From NCBI RefSeq assembly GCF_009914755.1, contig NC_060928.1: a stretch of 64,000 nucleotides of DNA. The stretch is one strand, 5' to 3'. This stretch comes from the human T2T-CHM13v2.0 reference genome, Homo sapiens. The notes beneath the pieces were generated by a model. That model saw only the letters and a list, made by a program, of their open reading frames with translations. It ran no database searches and was not told the DNA's origin. The first letter of the stretch is position 1; every line of letters begins with the position of its first letter. The translations under genes were made by a program, and so were the position numbers. Below, one piece after another: positions 16,250 through 34,159 of this stretch.

Positions 16250-16572
16250 ATTTTTGTTTTTTTGTTTGTTTGTTTTTTATTTGTTTGTTTTTGAGACAGA
16301 GTCTGGCTCTGTCGCCCAGGCTGGAGTGCAGTGGTCCAACCTCGGCCCACCGCAACCTCCACCTCTGAGTTCAAGCTATTCTCCTGCCTCAGCCACCCGA
16401 GTAGCTGGGATTACAGGCACATGCCACCATGCCTGGCTAATTTTTGTATTTTTAGTAGAGATGGGGTTTCACCATGTTGGCCAGGCTGGTCTTGAACTCC
16501 TGACCTCAAGTGATCCTCTCGCCTTGGCCTCCCAAAGTGCTAGGATTACAGGTGTGAGCCACCGCGCCCCGC
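16250..16572 (-). repeat. AluS 3' of TLR3 (within the putative long 3'UTR)
   Basis: Full antisense dimer. Confidence 0.95.
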
Positions 16573-17202
16573 CTTTTTATTTTGTTTTACAATACAACAA
16601 AAAATTTTTAGTTTTACAATAAAAGAGAATCTGATTATTGGAAATAGACCTGAATAGCTTTTTGAAATATTTATAGTTCTAGTATTTAAAGAGAAACCTG
16701 AAATTATAAAGCTGAGTTAATTTCTATACCTGAAATGTTCATTTGTCTGCTGAATTCAGGGAGCATTTGAGATGTCACATTTTGGAACTTTGATTTAAAT
16801 AGTTCAGTATTCCCAAGGCTGAGTTCCATGACCCTGGAATGAGAAATATCCACTGTACCTCTGGTTCTGAAGAGTCTATAGTCGGCCAACACTGTGAATG
16901 TGTGGAGGACTAATTGTCACTTTCATGTTATTTGCCACCCTGACAGCTGAGACACTGCTTTTCAGCATTTTAGTTAAGATTTGCTTTTTAACTGTGCAAT
17001 AATCATTTTATTTTGGCATTATAAAATAAAAATCACAACTTCTGCTTTTCTTATATGCTTTGTGTGTTATCACACAAATATTCTCAAATATTCATAAGAT
17101 ATTTTAAATAAATCATTGTGAATTAGTCAATATATCAAGTTGCTTAATATGTCATATATCAATGCTATTTAATATATAATATCTATATTTAATATATTGA
17201 TA

Positions 17203-17614
17203 TGTTACTGGTGGAGAGTGTCCAGGTTCTTGGTGCTTTGAACAAGGAATTGGACAAAATGCACAAAGAATGAGGCGACAAAAGCAGAGGTTTATTGAAA
17301 ACGAAAGCACACCCCGCAGGGTGGGAGCGGCCCGAGCAAGCAGCTCAAAAGCCGGGTTACAGGATTTTCTGGGGTTTAAATACTCTCTAGAGGTTTCCAT
17401 TGGTTACTTGGTTTATGCCCTATGTAAATGAAGAGGCTAAAGTGAAATTACAAAGTTATTTACTTGTTGTGCACCCTACGCAAATGAATAGCTGTCACAG
17501 CTGAGGTAGAGTTACAGTGATTTACTTGGTGGTAGAATGTTGGGATTTTTCCATTTGATTGAGTTCTAGGAAGCCTTTAGTTTCCCTGCCTGCAGACCCC
17601 ATTCTCCTGCCTCA
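17203..17614 (-). mobile_element. MER51-family ERV1 solo LTR
   Basis: Minus strand begins TGAGGCAGGAGAATGGGGTCTG and ends ...TAACA. 4-bp TSD GATA at 17199-17202 and 17615-17618. Confidence 0.88.
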
Positions 17615-18239
17615 GATATATCAATGACATATTCAATACATCATTAAGTTGCTTAATATTTAAGAGGTTAAGATGCACAGGTAATGACCTCTAAATGAAT
17701 GCCAATAAAAATAGTAAAAGGTGTAAACTCTGACTCCTATCTGACCTAGGTAGGAAGTAACATCCAGAACTTCTGCAGGCTGTCCTGTGTAATTGTTCTC
17801 CGGAGGAACCCTTGTCCCTGGGGTTTGAGAGAAGGGGATCGAGGAAAAGGATGTTTGTCTGAGCTCTTGTTTGATTTGCCCAAGTGACTTGACTTGTTTG
17901 AATCCTCTCAGGGTGCCATCATGTAATCTGTCCACTCCAACTTCTTCCTGTTTTTCACATTGCAAAACAAAACCCAACTGAATCGACACTGAGTTTAAAA
18001 TAAATCTTGGTATTTAGGTTGTACCTAAAAATGATAACTTTTAGACTGTAATCAGAGGTAGATGCTATCAATTTGTTAGTGAGGAGGGGAGGAGTTTTCG
18101 ATGCCACTTAGTTTACAATGTCTAATTGTTCAAATATACATCTAGGTTGTAAAGGAGACTCAACGGTAAGTTATAGTGACCATTGAAAAATGTAAAGGGG
18201 CTTCAAATCAAGAACTTAGAAGGAATTTCTTGCAATCTA

Positions 18240-18462
18240 TTGAGACACAAAGCAGATGAGTGGTTGTCTGGGCCTAGGAACAGGAATGGGGAGTGGCTGC
18301 AAATAGGTGGAAGAGACCTTTTTTGGGTGATGAAAGTGCTCTATAATTGGGTTATGGTAATAATTGTACAACTATGTAAATTTACTGAAAGTCATTGAGT
18401 TGGACACTTAAAACAGGTGAATTTTATGATATGTAAATTATATATTCACAAAGCCATTAAAA
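18240..18462 (+). mobile_element. Old L1M 3' end fragment
   Basis: ttttgggtgatgaaa...ctatgtaaatttactgaaagtcattgag...cacttaaaa...gaattttatg is typical of L1MB/MC 3' ends. Confidence 0.7.
18456..18461 (+). terminator. TLR3: Candidate distal TLR3 poly(A) signal ATTAAA at the 3' end of an old L1M fragment
   Basis: ATTAAA followed by T-rich sequence. Consistent with my recollection of a long-3'UTR TLR3 transcript, not verified here. Confidence 0.5.
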
Positions 18463-19586
18463 ATTGTATTTTTTGAGCAGCTACAGGTGCCTAGCCCTGT
18501 GTTAACTACTATGGTGAACAGTAGGATGGGATTTAGAGGTGTGGGCAATACAAGCTGGGTGGAAAGGGATTTCCAAAGATGGACCTGGGCAGGGAGGACT
18601 CCACAGAGGAGACCCAGCCCCTTCCAAGGTGGGTGAGATTTCAATGAGTGGAGAAGAAGATGGCAGAATGAACAGCAAGAGAGAAGTTCATGAGGGAGAC
18701 ATGAACTTGGTGTCGGGAGATAGTGGGGTGCCGAAGGGGATGGAACCAGGCTGCAGAGAGCATGGCAGAGATGTTTAGATGCAATGTTTTGAAATTGTGA
18801 CTTTATGGGTTTAAACTGCCAAACCCAGACATCATGATGAAATTCCCTCCTGGGATCTATGCCTTAGATTTAGGTGTCAGCCAGTTAAACAGAGGAACAT
18901 AGACTATAACTTCACAGTCCAAAGCCAGGCTGGCTCTCACATAACAAAAGGGGCTTTAAGCACTTTTTTCCCCTATAAACATATACATCTGTGTTAAAAT
19001 AACAAAGGACAATCACTCATTAGTTACTAATTACACTAGGTGACATATTAGCCACTCTTGGCTCTTGCAACTCTCTAGCCTTGCTCCACTGTCCTGTTTA
19101 TGGGAGAAAACAGTTGTGCCATGTGGCTATTTTCACAAACCATTCTTTATTCTTTGTGTGCATTGGGCAAGAGTCATCAGACTTTTCAATGGTGGAACTC
19201 TTCCACTTTTGTTTGAGGACTTCTGGGCAGACAGGGTTGGCTTATTTAGCTTCCTTTTCTCTTAGGTCAGTTCCCCAGGAAACAGGTTTTGGGATGGAGG
19301 TTTGCATGAAGGAAGTTTCAGGGGTGCTCTGATTTATAAGTGAGTGAAATAAGCTGGATCGGGAAGAGAGAGAATAATTAACTCTGATGCAATTCACAAT
19401 TGCAGCTGAGTTCTTAGCCAGCCCCATGGGGAGCTCTGGAGCTGGAATGACCCTAGAGAATTGGGAGAAATCTAGGCAAAGGGGCTGGACCCCTCTCCAT
19501 GCCCTCACATCAACCAGTCACAGACACAGGCAGCCCCAGGGAGGAAGTGTGACCTTAAGTAAAATGTTTTGCCAAAAGAAATTCAA

Positions 19587-19950
19587 GGGCAGGTGCAGTG
19601 GCTCAAACCTGTAATCCCAGCACTTTGGGAGGTGGAGGCAGGCAGATCACCTGGGGTTGGGAGTTAGAGACCAGCCTCACCAACATGGAGAAACCCCGTT
19701 CTAATAAAAATACAAAATTAGCCGGGCGTGGTGGCGTGTGCCTGTAATCCTAGCTACTCGGGAGGCTGAGGCAGGAGAATGCAGTGAGCCGAGATTGTGC
19801 CACTGCACTCCAGCCTGGGCAACAAGAGCAAAACTCTGTCAAAAAAAAAAAAAAAGAGAGAAAGAGATAAAGGAAAGGAAGAAAGAAAGAAAGGAAGAAA
19901 GAAAGAAAAAAAAGAAAGGAAGATGAAAGAAAGAAAGAAAAGAAAGAAAA
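19587..19950 (+). repeat. Alu with an internal deletion and a GAAA-rich tail
   Basis: Right arm jumps ggagaat|gcagtgag, followed by purine low-complexity sequence. Confidence 0.9.
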
Positions 19951-20043
19951 ATTCAAGGAGAAGGCCACAGTTGTGAACCGTCAGAAGCGAACTCACTGTG
20001 CAGCTGGAGGAATAAGTGCCTGGATCCTGAGAGCAGAGCTCCC

Positions 20044-21023
<980 letters not shown>

Positions 21024-21076
21024 ACCTGTTTCACTACAACACCCACCACGCCTTTTCAGGTACTTAAGAATTAAAA

Positions 21077-21349
21077 GGGCAGGTGCAATGGCTCATTGTA
21101 ATTCCAGCATTTTGGGAGGCCAAGGTGAGAGGATTGCTTGAGGCCAGAAGTTTGAGACCAGCCTGGGCAACACAGCAAGACTCTGTCTCTACAAAAAATT
21201 TAGAAATTAGTTTGACGAGGTGGTATGAGCCTGTAGTTGCAGCAACTTGGGAAGCTAAGCTGGGAGAATTGCCCGAGGCCAGGAGTTTGAGGCTACAGTG
21301 AGCTATGATCATGCCACTGCACTCCAGCCTGGGTAACAGAATGAGACCC
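21077..21349 (+). repeat. AluJ whose tail is displaced by the LTR8 insertion
   Basis: TSD AAGAATTAAAA at 21066-21076 and 21968-21978. Confidence 0.88.
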
Positions 21350-21943
21350 TATAACCACCCAATGGGTGTATCTTGCCTGCTGCCCAGATAGAGCTGACTG
21401 GAAAATTTAAAGAACAATTTGATGAGGGCGGGCGGTGGCACAGAGAATGGGGAATGCTGATTGGTTGGACGAGAGAGAAAATCATGCGGAGTTGAAGCTG
21501 TCCTTTTGGACTGAGTCGGCTCTTGGGTGGGAGCCACAAGACCAAGTGAGCCCGTTTATGGATCTGCGTGGTGCCAGGAGATCCATCAACTGCAGGGTCT
21601 GAAAAGTACCTCAAACATCAATGTTAGGTTGTATAACGCTGTGTTATTCATAGGAGCAATTGAGGAGGCTAGCGATCTTGTGGCCTCTGGCCGCGTGATT
21701 CCAGAGCCGTCACTTCTAATCTTGTGGCTGACTTGTTAGTTTTTCAAAGGCAGTCTGGTCCCCAGGCAAGAAGGGGTTTTATTTTAGGAAAGGGCTACCG
21801 TCCTTGTCTAAAGTCAGTTCGGCCTATGCCCAGGAGTGAACAAGGGCAGCCTGGAGGTCAGAAGCAAGATGGAGTCGGTTAGGTCAGGTCTCTCTCACTG
21901 TCGTAGCTTTCTCTCTGCTATAATTTTTGCAAAGGTGGTTTCA
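21350..21943 (-). mobile_element. Second LTR8-family solo LTR, opposite orientation, nested in an AluJ
   Basis: Minus strand starts TGAAACCACCTTTGCAAAAATTATAGCAG...GACCTAACCGACTCCATCTTGCTTCT. Confidence 0.82.
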
Positions 21944-22315
21944 AGGCTCTGCCTCTAAAATTGAAACAAGAATTAAAATATACAGAGCTCGGCTGGTTTG
22001 GGCACTAATGCAAGCTTCCAAAGCTTCAAACATTTTTTTCTTTTTTAAATAAGGTCTCCTTCAAAAATTCTGAGAAATAAATGACTTCATGAAGAGCCAA
22101 TGTTTTGTGTTTTTTTAAACAAACAAGGATGTTTTCACAGTGTTAATGTCCTCCAGTCAAAGACAACGAACACACCCGCAGTTAAAGAAGTTGGGGTTGC
22201 GTCGTTGCAGTGAGGAAGGAAACACACCATGGGGTATCTGAGTAAGAAGGGGGTTGAAAAATCCTATTATATAGGATTTGGGCTTAGGATGGGTAAATTC
22301 AGGAAGAGGAGACTA

Positions 22316-22768
<453 letters not shown>

Positions 22769-24555
22769 TTATGACGTGGTGGTGCTTCGTGTCGCTTTCT
22801 AGTACAGAGCAGTCTTGCGGAGGCTGGTATGTGGTGAGTGTGTCTGTGTCCCACGGGAGAGGAGCGCACCAGCCCCGTGGGTGCCCGGCTGCTCCCGCAC
22901 CCGCCCCGTGGGTGCCCGGCTGCTCCTGCGCATCAAGGCCCGCTCCCTTGTTTTCCTTCCCAACTCCCTTCACGTGGAGATCTTCTTGGCTCCTTGCAGA
23001 GATCTCTCTCTCTCTCTCTCTCTTTTTTTTTTTTTTTTTTTTATCTGAGTGAGTACTTGGTAGAAAGGGACAGAAGCTCAAAGTTGTTTAGGCAAAAAGG
23101 AGGCACGTTTGTGGGACAGCCCAACCCGGAAGGGGAGCTGGAAAGGGGCTCTGACATCACCACGCGGTGTGTGCCTCTCTCTGCATGACGGCGGCATCGG
23201 TTTGCACGGTTTGCCCAGGATCTCCGAGGCTGCCATTTCCCATCAACAAGGCACTAGACCTCTTTCCTAGTGTGGTTTCCAAAACCTCAGGACAGGCCTC
23301 TGCGTGGTCTAGCTGGGGATAGATGTCCACGTTTGTGGCCATGGGAGTTGGCAGCACCCACTAGAACCACATGGAGAGAATGGCAGGAGGAATGGCCCCC
23401 ACAAAACAAGTCAATGCTATTTCCCAAAGAGGGGAGCCAGGCAGCAAAGCAGGGTATGTCCACCCTATGAGCCTGAGGAGCTGGTCTGCTGGACAAGCTG
23501 GACTCGTAAAGTCCTATCAGAAACCTCCCTTGTTCTTTCTTCCTCAAAACTCTCTTTTTTTTTCATCCTGCCATTTGGCTGAAGCCTCTGGCTTATTAGA
23601 GGGCTTATCAGACACACTTAGATAGCACAAAGCATGGCCCAGCATCCTGGTGCAAAACTCCCGTCCTGTAGTAATAAAGCACAAACCCTTTCCCAGTTGG
23701 AGATTTCCTCTTCTCTGTCCGAGGCCCGCTGCAGCCTGCTGGACGCCCGCATCCGGGACTGGCGTGGTGTTGACTTCCTTTGGCTCCACACTCCCCCTGC
23801 TCTTTCACCTGCTACCTGGGGCTCTGAGCATCTCCAGGATCTGAGGGGTTCAGCACGCAGAAGGAGAGAGATAAAAGACAGAGAAGCCTTTACTTGGTGG
23901 GCACAGGTACCATCTGGCCCGGGGCCTTTGGCAGCATAATGCTGAGGTGCTGCCTCTTTCTTTCCTGAATGCTTTTGTCATTTCTTCAGAAATCCAGCTT
24001 CTTCCCTTGTAGCAGAACTCACAGGCTCTGGTTAGCCACTCCCAGCACAGGTTCATCCATGCTGCTAGGATGGAATAAAATGAATCCAAAGCTTTCCATT
24101 GGCCTGTCCCAATCCAGGTTCCAAATTCTCTCCTGCTATGGCTTCATACATCTAAGGCATTGACTGGTGTTCCTCACTAGTGTTGTAAGATAACATCTCG
24201 TGAAAGGGGTCCCTGCCAAAGAGATGTGGGAAAGATGGTATACTACCTTCTCCTCTCAGAAATACTCAATGCGTCCAGCATATTGAAAAACTAAGATGCC
24301 GGCTATAAAGAAAGCTATTTAACCTTCATTATTGAGTCAGTTGCCAAACCAACTTGATTATAGAACGCTTCTAGTGGTAACTGTTATCAGCATCCTGACA
24401 AAGGCATGTTCTGCATAGCACAATTTTGGGAACACTCTAGGTAAACTTAATTATTCTAGTTCTAGCACCTCCTAAGAAATTCTCCTTTTCATACCTTGCC
24501 CACCTTAGATGTCACAGTTTGTTTTTTATTGCCTTCTCCTCCACTTTTGCACCCA

Positions 24556-24991
<436 letters not shown>

Positions 24992-25180
24992 TGAGGTGGG
25001 GAAGCTCAAATACCAGACCAAGGAAGTGAGTGAGTGGAAATGAGGAGCCATAAAGATGCTTTTATGGTAGAAGGAGCATGGGTTGAAGAGCTGGGTTTTA
25101 GGAAGAGTGAGATAGTGGGATCGATTAGGAACAGATTGAAGTTCTTGAGATGCCCCTATTTACATAGGACAAGTTCAGAT

Positions 25181-25852
<672 letters not shown>

Positions 25853-28266
25853 TGACCTAGTGTGACCTTCAAGACCCTTCGCAGCTGGGTCGAGTTTATC
25901 TCCCTGCTTGATTTTGTTTGGTTTTGTTTTACCACATCTCCTATGCTTGGTGCCATCACCCCTGACTGCTCTGTGTCCTCACCCATCACGGTCGTGGCTC
26001 TTTGCTCCTCCCTCTGCAAGCAGCGGCCCCTCCTCTCCTCTCCAGTGGGACAGAGCCAACTCTGTGAGAATCCGTCCTTCATAGCGCTGCCCTTTCCGTC
26101 TTGCAGGATGAATCGCTTCATTACTCAGGTGTCCATCATACTTTATCCATGCCCTTAGTCTAAAAGCATACTGTGTTGCAGACACTGTTATAGGATCGGA
26201 CTCTGTCCTGAGCCCTTGGAATAGGATAGAACTTTGAACACAGAGAGCTCTATCATACTCATCTTGGTATCCCCACTATCTAGAAGGGTGACTGGACCAT
26301 CGTAATTTGTCAAAGAAGAAGCTGTTGGAAAAGTAAATGTTAGATTGAAGTTGTGGCAGGAGGTAAAGAAAGGGAATAGGCACATGAGATTGTGTGGAAA
26401 TACACTTTTACCACCAGCAAATTTCATCTCCAGTAGTTCTGTTTCTGAGAATGAAAACAAACAAGAGAAACAGGATGCTCCGGCGTTCCCTCCAGCCTCC
26501 TCCAGCTCTGCAATCCCTACTCCAAGAACATGCCAGCACTCCAGGAAGAACGGTGTGGGGTTCTAGGTCCCCACTTAAAACCTTAGTTTATATTCTAAGT
26601 TTTTTTTGTGATCTTGTTCTCTTTTTTTTCTTGCTTCATGTGTGACCATTCCCTCATACTTACATAGTGCCTGACACAGAGTAGGAATTCACAAACGTTT
26701 GCCAATGGAATAATTAAAGGATTATTGAATGAATACACTCTGAACAACATTGTAGCTCTCTATGACAGCAGGGAGAAATCCTCTCAGTTCTCCAAGTGTG
26801 CCTCACCCTTTCAAATTTCTATCCATTTGTGGGGTTCTGTTTTCACTGCTCTGTTCTCTCCTTTCCTTGGCTACATCTTGCAGTTGCAGGGTTAGATCTG
26901 GTGTCCACTTCTCCTAGAAGCCTTCCTAAACACACCTTGGGATGACTGTTAGCGAGGCCTTTACCCTGTGCGAAGGGCCTTGGTTAGGAAGGACGTAATC
27001 TTGTGAACAGAGTGAGTGCCCGTAAGTGTGCGACCTGGAGATCCACCGTGCCAGTGCAAGGATCTGCACACCTCCTGGGGGGAGGCGGGGCTTTGCCTTG
27101 GCCACCATGTGACTTTGAAGGGAGTTCTCAGTTGCGGCCTCTTTTCCAGTCTGCTACTTTGCTGAAAATCGCCCTTCTTCAGAGCAAGGGAGTTTAAAGA
27201 GCTGTTCTTCTTCAGGTTGTTTTGGTTTCAAGCAATTTCCACTGGGACGAGCACTGGGTCCAGTGAGCTCGTCCTTCCTCAGAGAAACCCTATTACGTAC
27301 CCAGTGATGAGAAACAGAAGGCCCCTGCAGACTGCCTCGATCACAGTTCAACCCCACTCCTGGCAGCTTAGTGATTCTGCAGCTTCCTCCCATGTCATCC
27401 ATCTCTGCTGGCTCATGTGTCATGGTCTGGCCTTAAAGTATGTGGTCCTAATATCAGATCCCAGCTTAGAAGAGAGGGGAGGAAACGGCACTGCCCCTCG
27501 CCTCACCCTCCCTCCTTAGGGAGCCCCTGGTGATTTCTGAGCAAAATTGTAGAGTGTATAAAGTGGGAGGGTGTATTGAAGGGATGGCTCAGGACTGTGG
27601 TTAGAAAATTGACCTTCTTTTTAATCTTGGCACAGTGGATTTTGAGTATTGTACTTTCAAATAACTTCCAGGAGGTGTCATAAGGTGTGCTCCAAACTTT
27701 AAGGAGAGTCTCCCCAGTTCCATGCTCTGTTGTTCATCTTCCTCCTCTCCCTCTTCTCTCTCTTTTTATCTACCTTCAATCTCCTTTCCCTCCACTTCTG
27801 CTCTCCCTGAATTGTGCCCCAGTCTAGAGACATGCTTAGCAGGAGAACACAAACTCTGGGGGAATGGATATGTCTAAAGTCTGTGTGCATCGCTGTTCTT
27901 CTTGTGTTTTATGAGCCTCTTACCAAAGCACTCTATGATATAACATTGGCATGTCATCCAGAAATACAAAGGCTGGCTTTGAGAAGGTCTCTCGCCGTCT
28001 CTTGAATGATAGCATTTGAAATGGTGAAGGAAGTGCTCCGTGCATGCATTCCATTAACAGAGCATAGAGGTGCTGTAAATCGGTAGCTGCCCTTTTAGTC
28101 TAATAACAATGGACAGTCAGACTCTTCACTGGAGCTCCCAACTACAGCAGACACTGCCAGTCACCTGCCCAACAGACACCCACACCTCGCACCCTTTCTT
28201 GGTTTAGGGGTGCTAATTTTGTTCGGGGGCAACATATTCGGGGAAAGGGATCCCTTCTAGCCCTAG

Positions 28267-29164
<898 letters not shown>

Positions 29165-29421
29165 TCACCGCAGCAATCCCAGAAGCAGTGAATTGTGGGC
29201 TTCCTACCCTGTGAGCTACTTAAGCATCTTGAATGCTCAAGCTAAGGCCAGCGAGGGATTTCCCTGTTCTCTGCAGCTGAATGTGCCTCACCTGCCTCCG
29301 TGGTCTGGTCCTCCGCCTGCATCTGCTATAGTACTCGGGGAACGGGGTCATGGTCCATCAGGAATCGCTGTGATGTAACACTGCCTTTGATCACTTTAAA
29401 ATTGTTCTTATTGTTATTTTA

Positions 29422-29576
29422 TTTTATTTTTTGAGACAGTTTCCCTCCTGTCCCCCAGGCTGGAGTGCAATGGCATGATCTCGGCTGACTGCAACCTCCG
29501 ACTCCCAGGTTCAGGCTTCTCCTGCCTCAGCCTCCCAAGTAGCTGGGATTCCAGGTGTCTGCCACCACATCCAGCC
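29422..29576 (-). repeat. Half Alu (right arm)
   Basis: Monomer flanked by a 25-bp direct repeat. Confidence 0.9.
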
Positions 29577-29666
29577 TAAAACTGTTCTTATTGTTATTTT
29601 AATAGTTTTCCCTCAGTAGAATCCTGAGCCCGCAATCAAATAGCAAGAAAAGTTGCCTGAGGCTTT

Positions 29667-29998
29667 TTTTTTTTTTTAATTATTATACTTTAAGTTTTAG
29701 GGTACGTGTGCACAACGTGCAGGTTAGTTACATATGTATACATGTGCCATGTTGGTGTGCTGCACCCATTAACTTGTTATTTAACATTAGGTATATATCC
29801 TAATGCTATCCCTCCCCCCTCCACCACCCCACAACAGTCCCCGGTGTGTGATGTTCCCCTTCCTGTGTCCATGTGTTCTCATTGTTCAATTCCCACCTAT
29901 GAGTGAGAACATGCAGTGTTTGGTTTTCTGTCCTTGCGATAGTTTGCTGAGAATGATGGTTTCCAGCTTCATCCATGTCCCTACAAAGGACATGAACT
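29667..29998 (-). mobile_element. 5'-truncated L1PA 3' fragment
   Basis: L1 3'UTR with T-tail. TSD CTGAGGCTTT at 29657-29666 and 29997-30006. Confidence 0.92.
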
Positions 29999-30707
29999 GA
30001 GGCTTTCATTTATTGTGTTTATCACTGAAAACAAATACATATTTGTTGCAAACAAATTTTGTTCACATTATACAAAAAGGAATAAACTTGGAAGCAAATG
30101 TAGCTATAATTTCCTTCTAGATATTTTTCTCTAGTTATTCAATGTAACCTGGGGTCATATATAACAAAAACTAACATCTACTGAGAATTTGCCAAGTGCT
30201 GTGCTCTGTTCCAGTACTTCACATGTGTTAGTTAATGTAACTCTTACAAGGCACCATTCAGATAATTACAGCCGAGGAAACTAAAGAACAGAGAGAAGTC
30301 TTGGTGTTGTTTAGTGGCAAAGACAGACCATGAGCCTACATAGTTCAGACCCACAGTCCATTAGTCTGCAATGCCTCCCTCTAGTGCTTAGTAAATGCTT
30401 GTTGAATCAACAAATGTTTCTCATTGTTCAGAAGTTTGACATTTTTATAATAAAAATTGACAGTATTTTCTTTGTAAAATACCGATGTCATGCTAATTGA
30501 GGCGATTTAACTTCTTAAACAGATTAATCAGGTTGTTTTAACTTTCAGGTTTCCAAAACACATCTTTTCATAGCAACATGGTCATAATTTCCTAATGCTT
30601 TCTCCATGATGTAGCCAAGTGTTATTATACACATCAGAAAGACAGTTAATGAAATTGTTAATCAATGTAAGCAGAATAATTTTATCACATAAAGCACTAC
30701 TCTGACA

Positions 30708-31091
<384 letters not shown>

Positions 31092-31564
31092 TGAGCCAGA
31101 CCACATCACCTGAGGCCCATGTTCTAAGAATGACATGCTGCTGGTAATTAACAGAGAAGCCTGGCCGCATCTACAAAAGGCTGTTGATGGATGAACAATG
31201 GGTACAAAGGACTGGACAAGTTGCTAAGAATGGCTTATCACGTTTGCAATTATGGGTCATTTTCAAAGGAAGGCCCTCCAAAGAAAAGGACCCACTATTC
31301 TTTCAGTGTGCCTTCTTCATGGGGCTGGCTGGTCAGAATGCTACACCTACTACCGTAACCAAGGATGATACTTCTTCCCCACCACCACCATCTCCTTTTT
31401 ATGATTCTTGCATTCTCCCTATAGATTTAAAACAATTACGATGACCATTTCAATTTGTAGCCAGTTTTTTAGAGTGAATTTACCCACTAAAGACTTTCAT
31501 AGAGGTACAAGCAAGATACTATGATCTTGAAGTACCCCAAAATTAATTAATACCCCAATCATGG

Positions 31565-31990
31565 ATCTTTCCTAGGATTGCCATAACAAAGTGCTGGGTG
31601 GCTTAAAACAACAGAATTTTTTTTTTTCTCACAGTTCTGGAAATGGGAAGTCCTCACTGAGGTGTTTGTGGGGCCCTGTAGGGGAGGAGTCATCCCTGCC
31701 TCTTCTTAGCGTCTGGTAGTGGCCATCAGCCTGGAGCACCCTTCGGCTTGCAGCTGCTTCACTCCAGCCTCTGCCTCTGTCATCCTGTGGTGCTCCCCCT
31801 GTGTGTCTGTGCCCACATCTCCCTCTTCTTAAGAGTATACGCATCGTACTGGACAAGGACCCATCCTACTGACCTCAGCTTAACTTGATTACATCTGTGA
31901 AGATCCTATTTCCAAATAAGATCACATTCACAAGAACTGGGGGTGGGACTTCAACACATCTTCTGGGGGCACACAACTCAAATGTGCCCA
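31565..31990. mobile_element. MLT1-type MaLR LTR
   Basis: gccataacaaa...gggtggcttaaaacaacagaa...ctcacagttctgga...ctatttccaaataagatcacattc. Confidence 0.8.
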
Positions 31991-32076
31991 CAGCTGGGAC
32001 ACATGCAGACACACCTTAGAGACAGAATGCTTTCAAGGCCAGGATCTGGAAGGGTATGCAGCTGTTCTCTAGCTTC

Positions 32077-32374
<298 letters not shown>

Positions 32375-32550
32375 TAGAAGAGAAGTGGTTATTGAGGGAA
32401 ACATGGAAAGATCTAGAACCAGAGAGCCCAAGACAGCGGCATGAATGCACCACTGTTCAGGAACAGTTGCTCCTGAAGGAGAAGGGTGCTGGACTCTAAT
32501 GGTTAATGCCCCCTGTATGTGAACCATATGATTCCTTCCCTTTGCTTTGA

Positions 32551-32941
<391 letters not shown>

Positions 32942-34159
32942 GCATCAGTGCTTTGTGAGTCAGATTAGTGGGGCTCCACACAGAGACACTGGTCAGCTGT
33001 GAAGGTGCTGGGCCCATCAGATTTCTGAGTCTGAAATATCAGGAATCCTGAGTTCTGGCAGCAAACAAGTGCTACCCCCAAGGATCTAGGTGAGCTGACT
33101 CGAACTTTGCTCCACAATGGCCCTCCCTTGCTGTTATTTCAAGTTCCATATGTTCAGATTCAATGGAGCGACTAGCCCCTTACTCACTGAAAGCACATAC
33201 TCTAGAAATAACTTCTATTTGCATTGAAAGTGACCTGATATATTAAGGATTTAATTACTCCATGAATCAGAATAAGATCCTTGTAAGATGAACAAAATCT
33301 GTGGGAAACTGCTTTGCAGTCCTGAATGAGTGCTACATGAAAACAGTCCAGTGTTCGGAGGGAACGTCCAGACTTCTGAGGCTACCTGGTGAGTGCTGCA
33401 GAAGGGGAACAAGGGAGCACGAGAAAAGTTCATGGTTCAACAGCAGCCTGTTCCTGGTGTCTCTGCGTTGTGACGGAGTTGGCACTGCTTCCCTGGTTTG
33501 CCCCCAACCCTCTCCCTCTTGTTACCATTGCTGCTCTCAGAGGTGTCTGTTCTTAATTCCCTTTTTCTCTCATTTTGATTCTTCGCTGTGTGCTGGTGCT
33601 TCACACGCTGACGACTGCGTGCTCTCGCCTCTCCGAACATCCAAGGGCCTTTAAAATCTCACCCTAGTCACCCATGTCTCTTACTTCCCTTAGGCACACA
33701 AATGCTCTGCTGTCCCCAAGCGAATGTTGACCACGATGGCTGCCATCACCTGTGCTTGTCTTCCAGGGCACTCACGGGACACTCAGCATATGACGTGAAG
33801 CAGATTATTCCATGCTCTGGGAAGAGAACCGCTCTTTCTTTGCATGTCTGTGCTTAATGCAATCTTGAAGCAGACAAGTGCCCAGTACATGTTGGTGGCA
33901 GTTAGATGTAGAAAAGGGATCATGACAGAAGACTTGTTAACTGCCTCCAAATAACGCAAAACTTAGCATTACCTGGAAGTTTACCGTGGCTCAGACTCCA
34001 GTTTGATAACTTACAAAAGATTCAAGTATATAAGCATGAATGTCAGTTTATTCACTGCCAGACTTAATTCATCTCTTTTCCCTACCCCACATCAGGAAAT
34101 GTATCTCCTGAGATCCTCTCCTGAATATTAATGGACAAACTCCATCAATATCTCATTAC

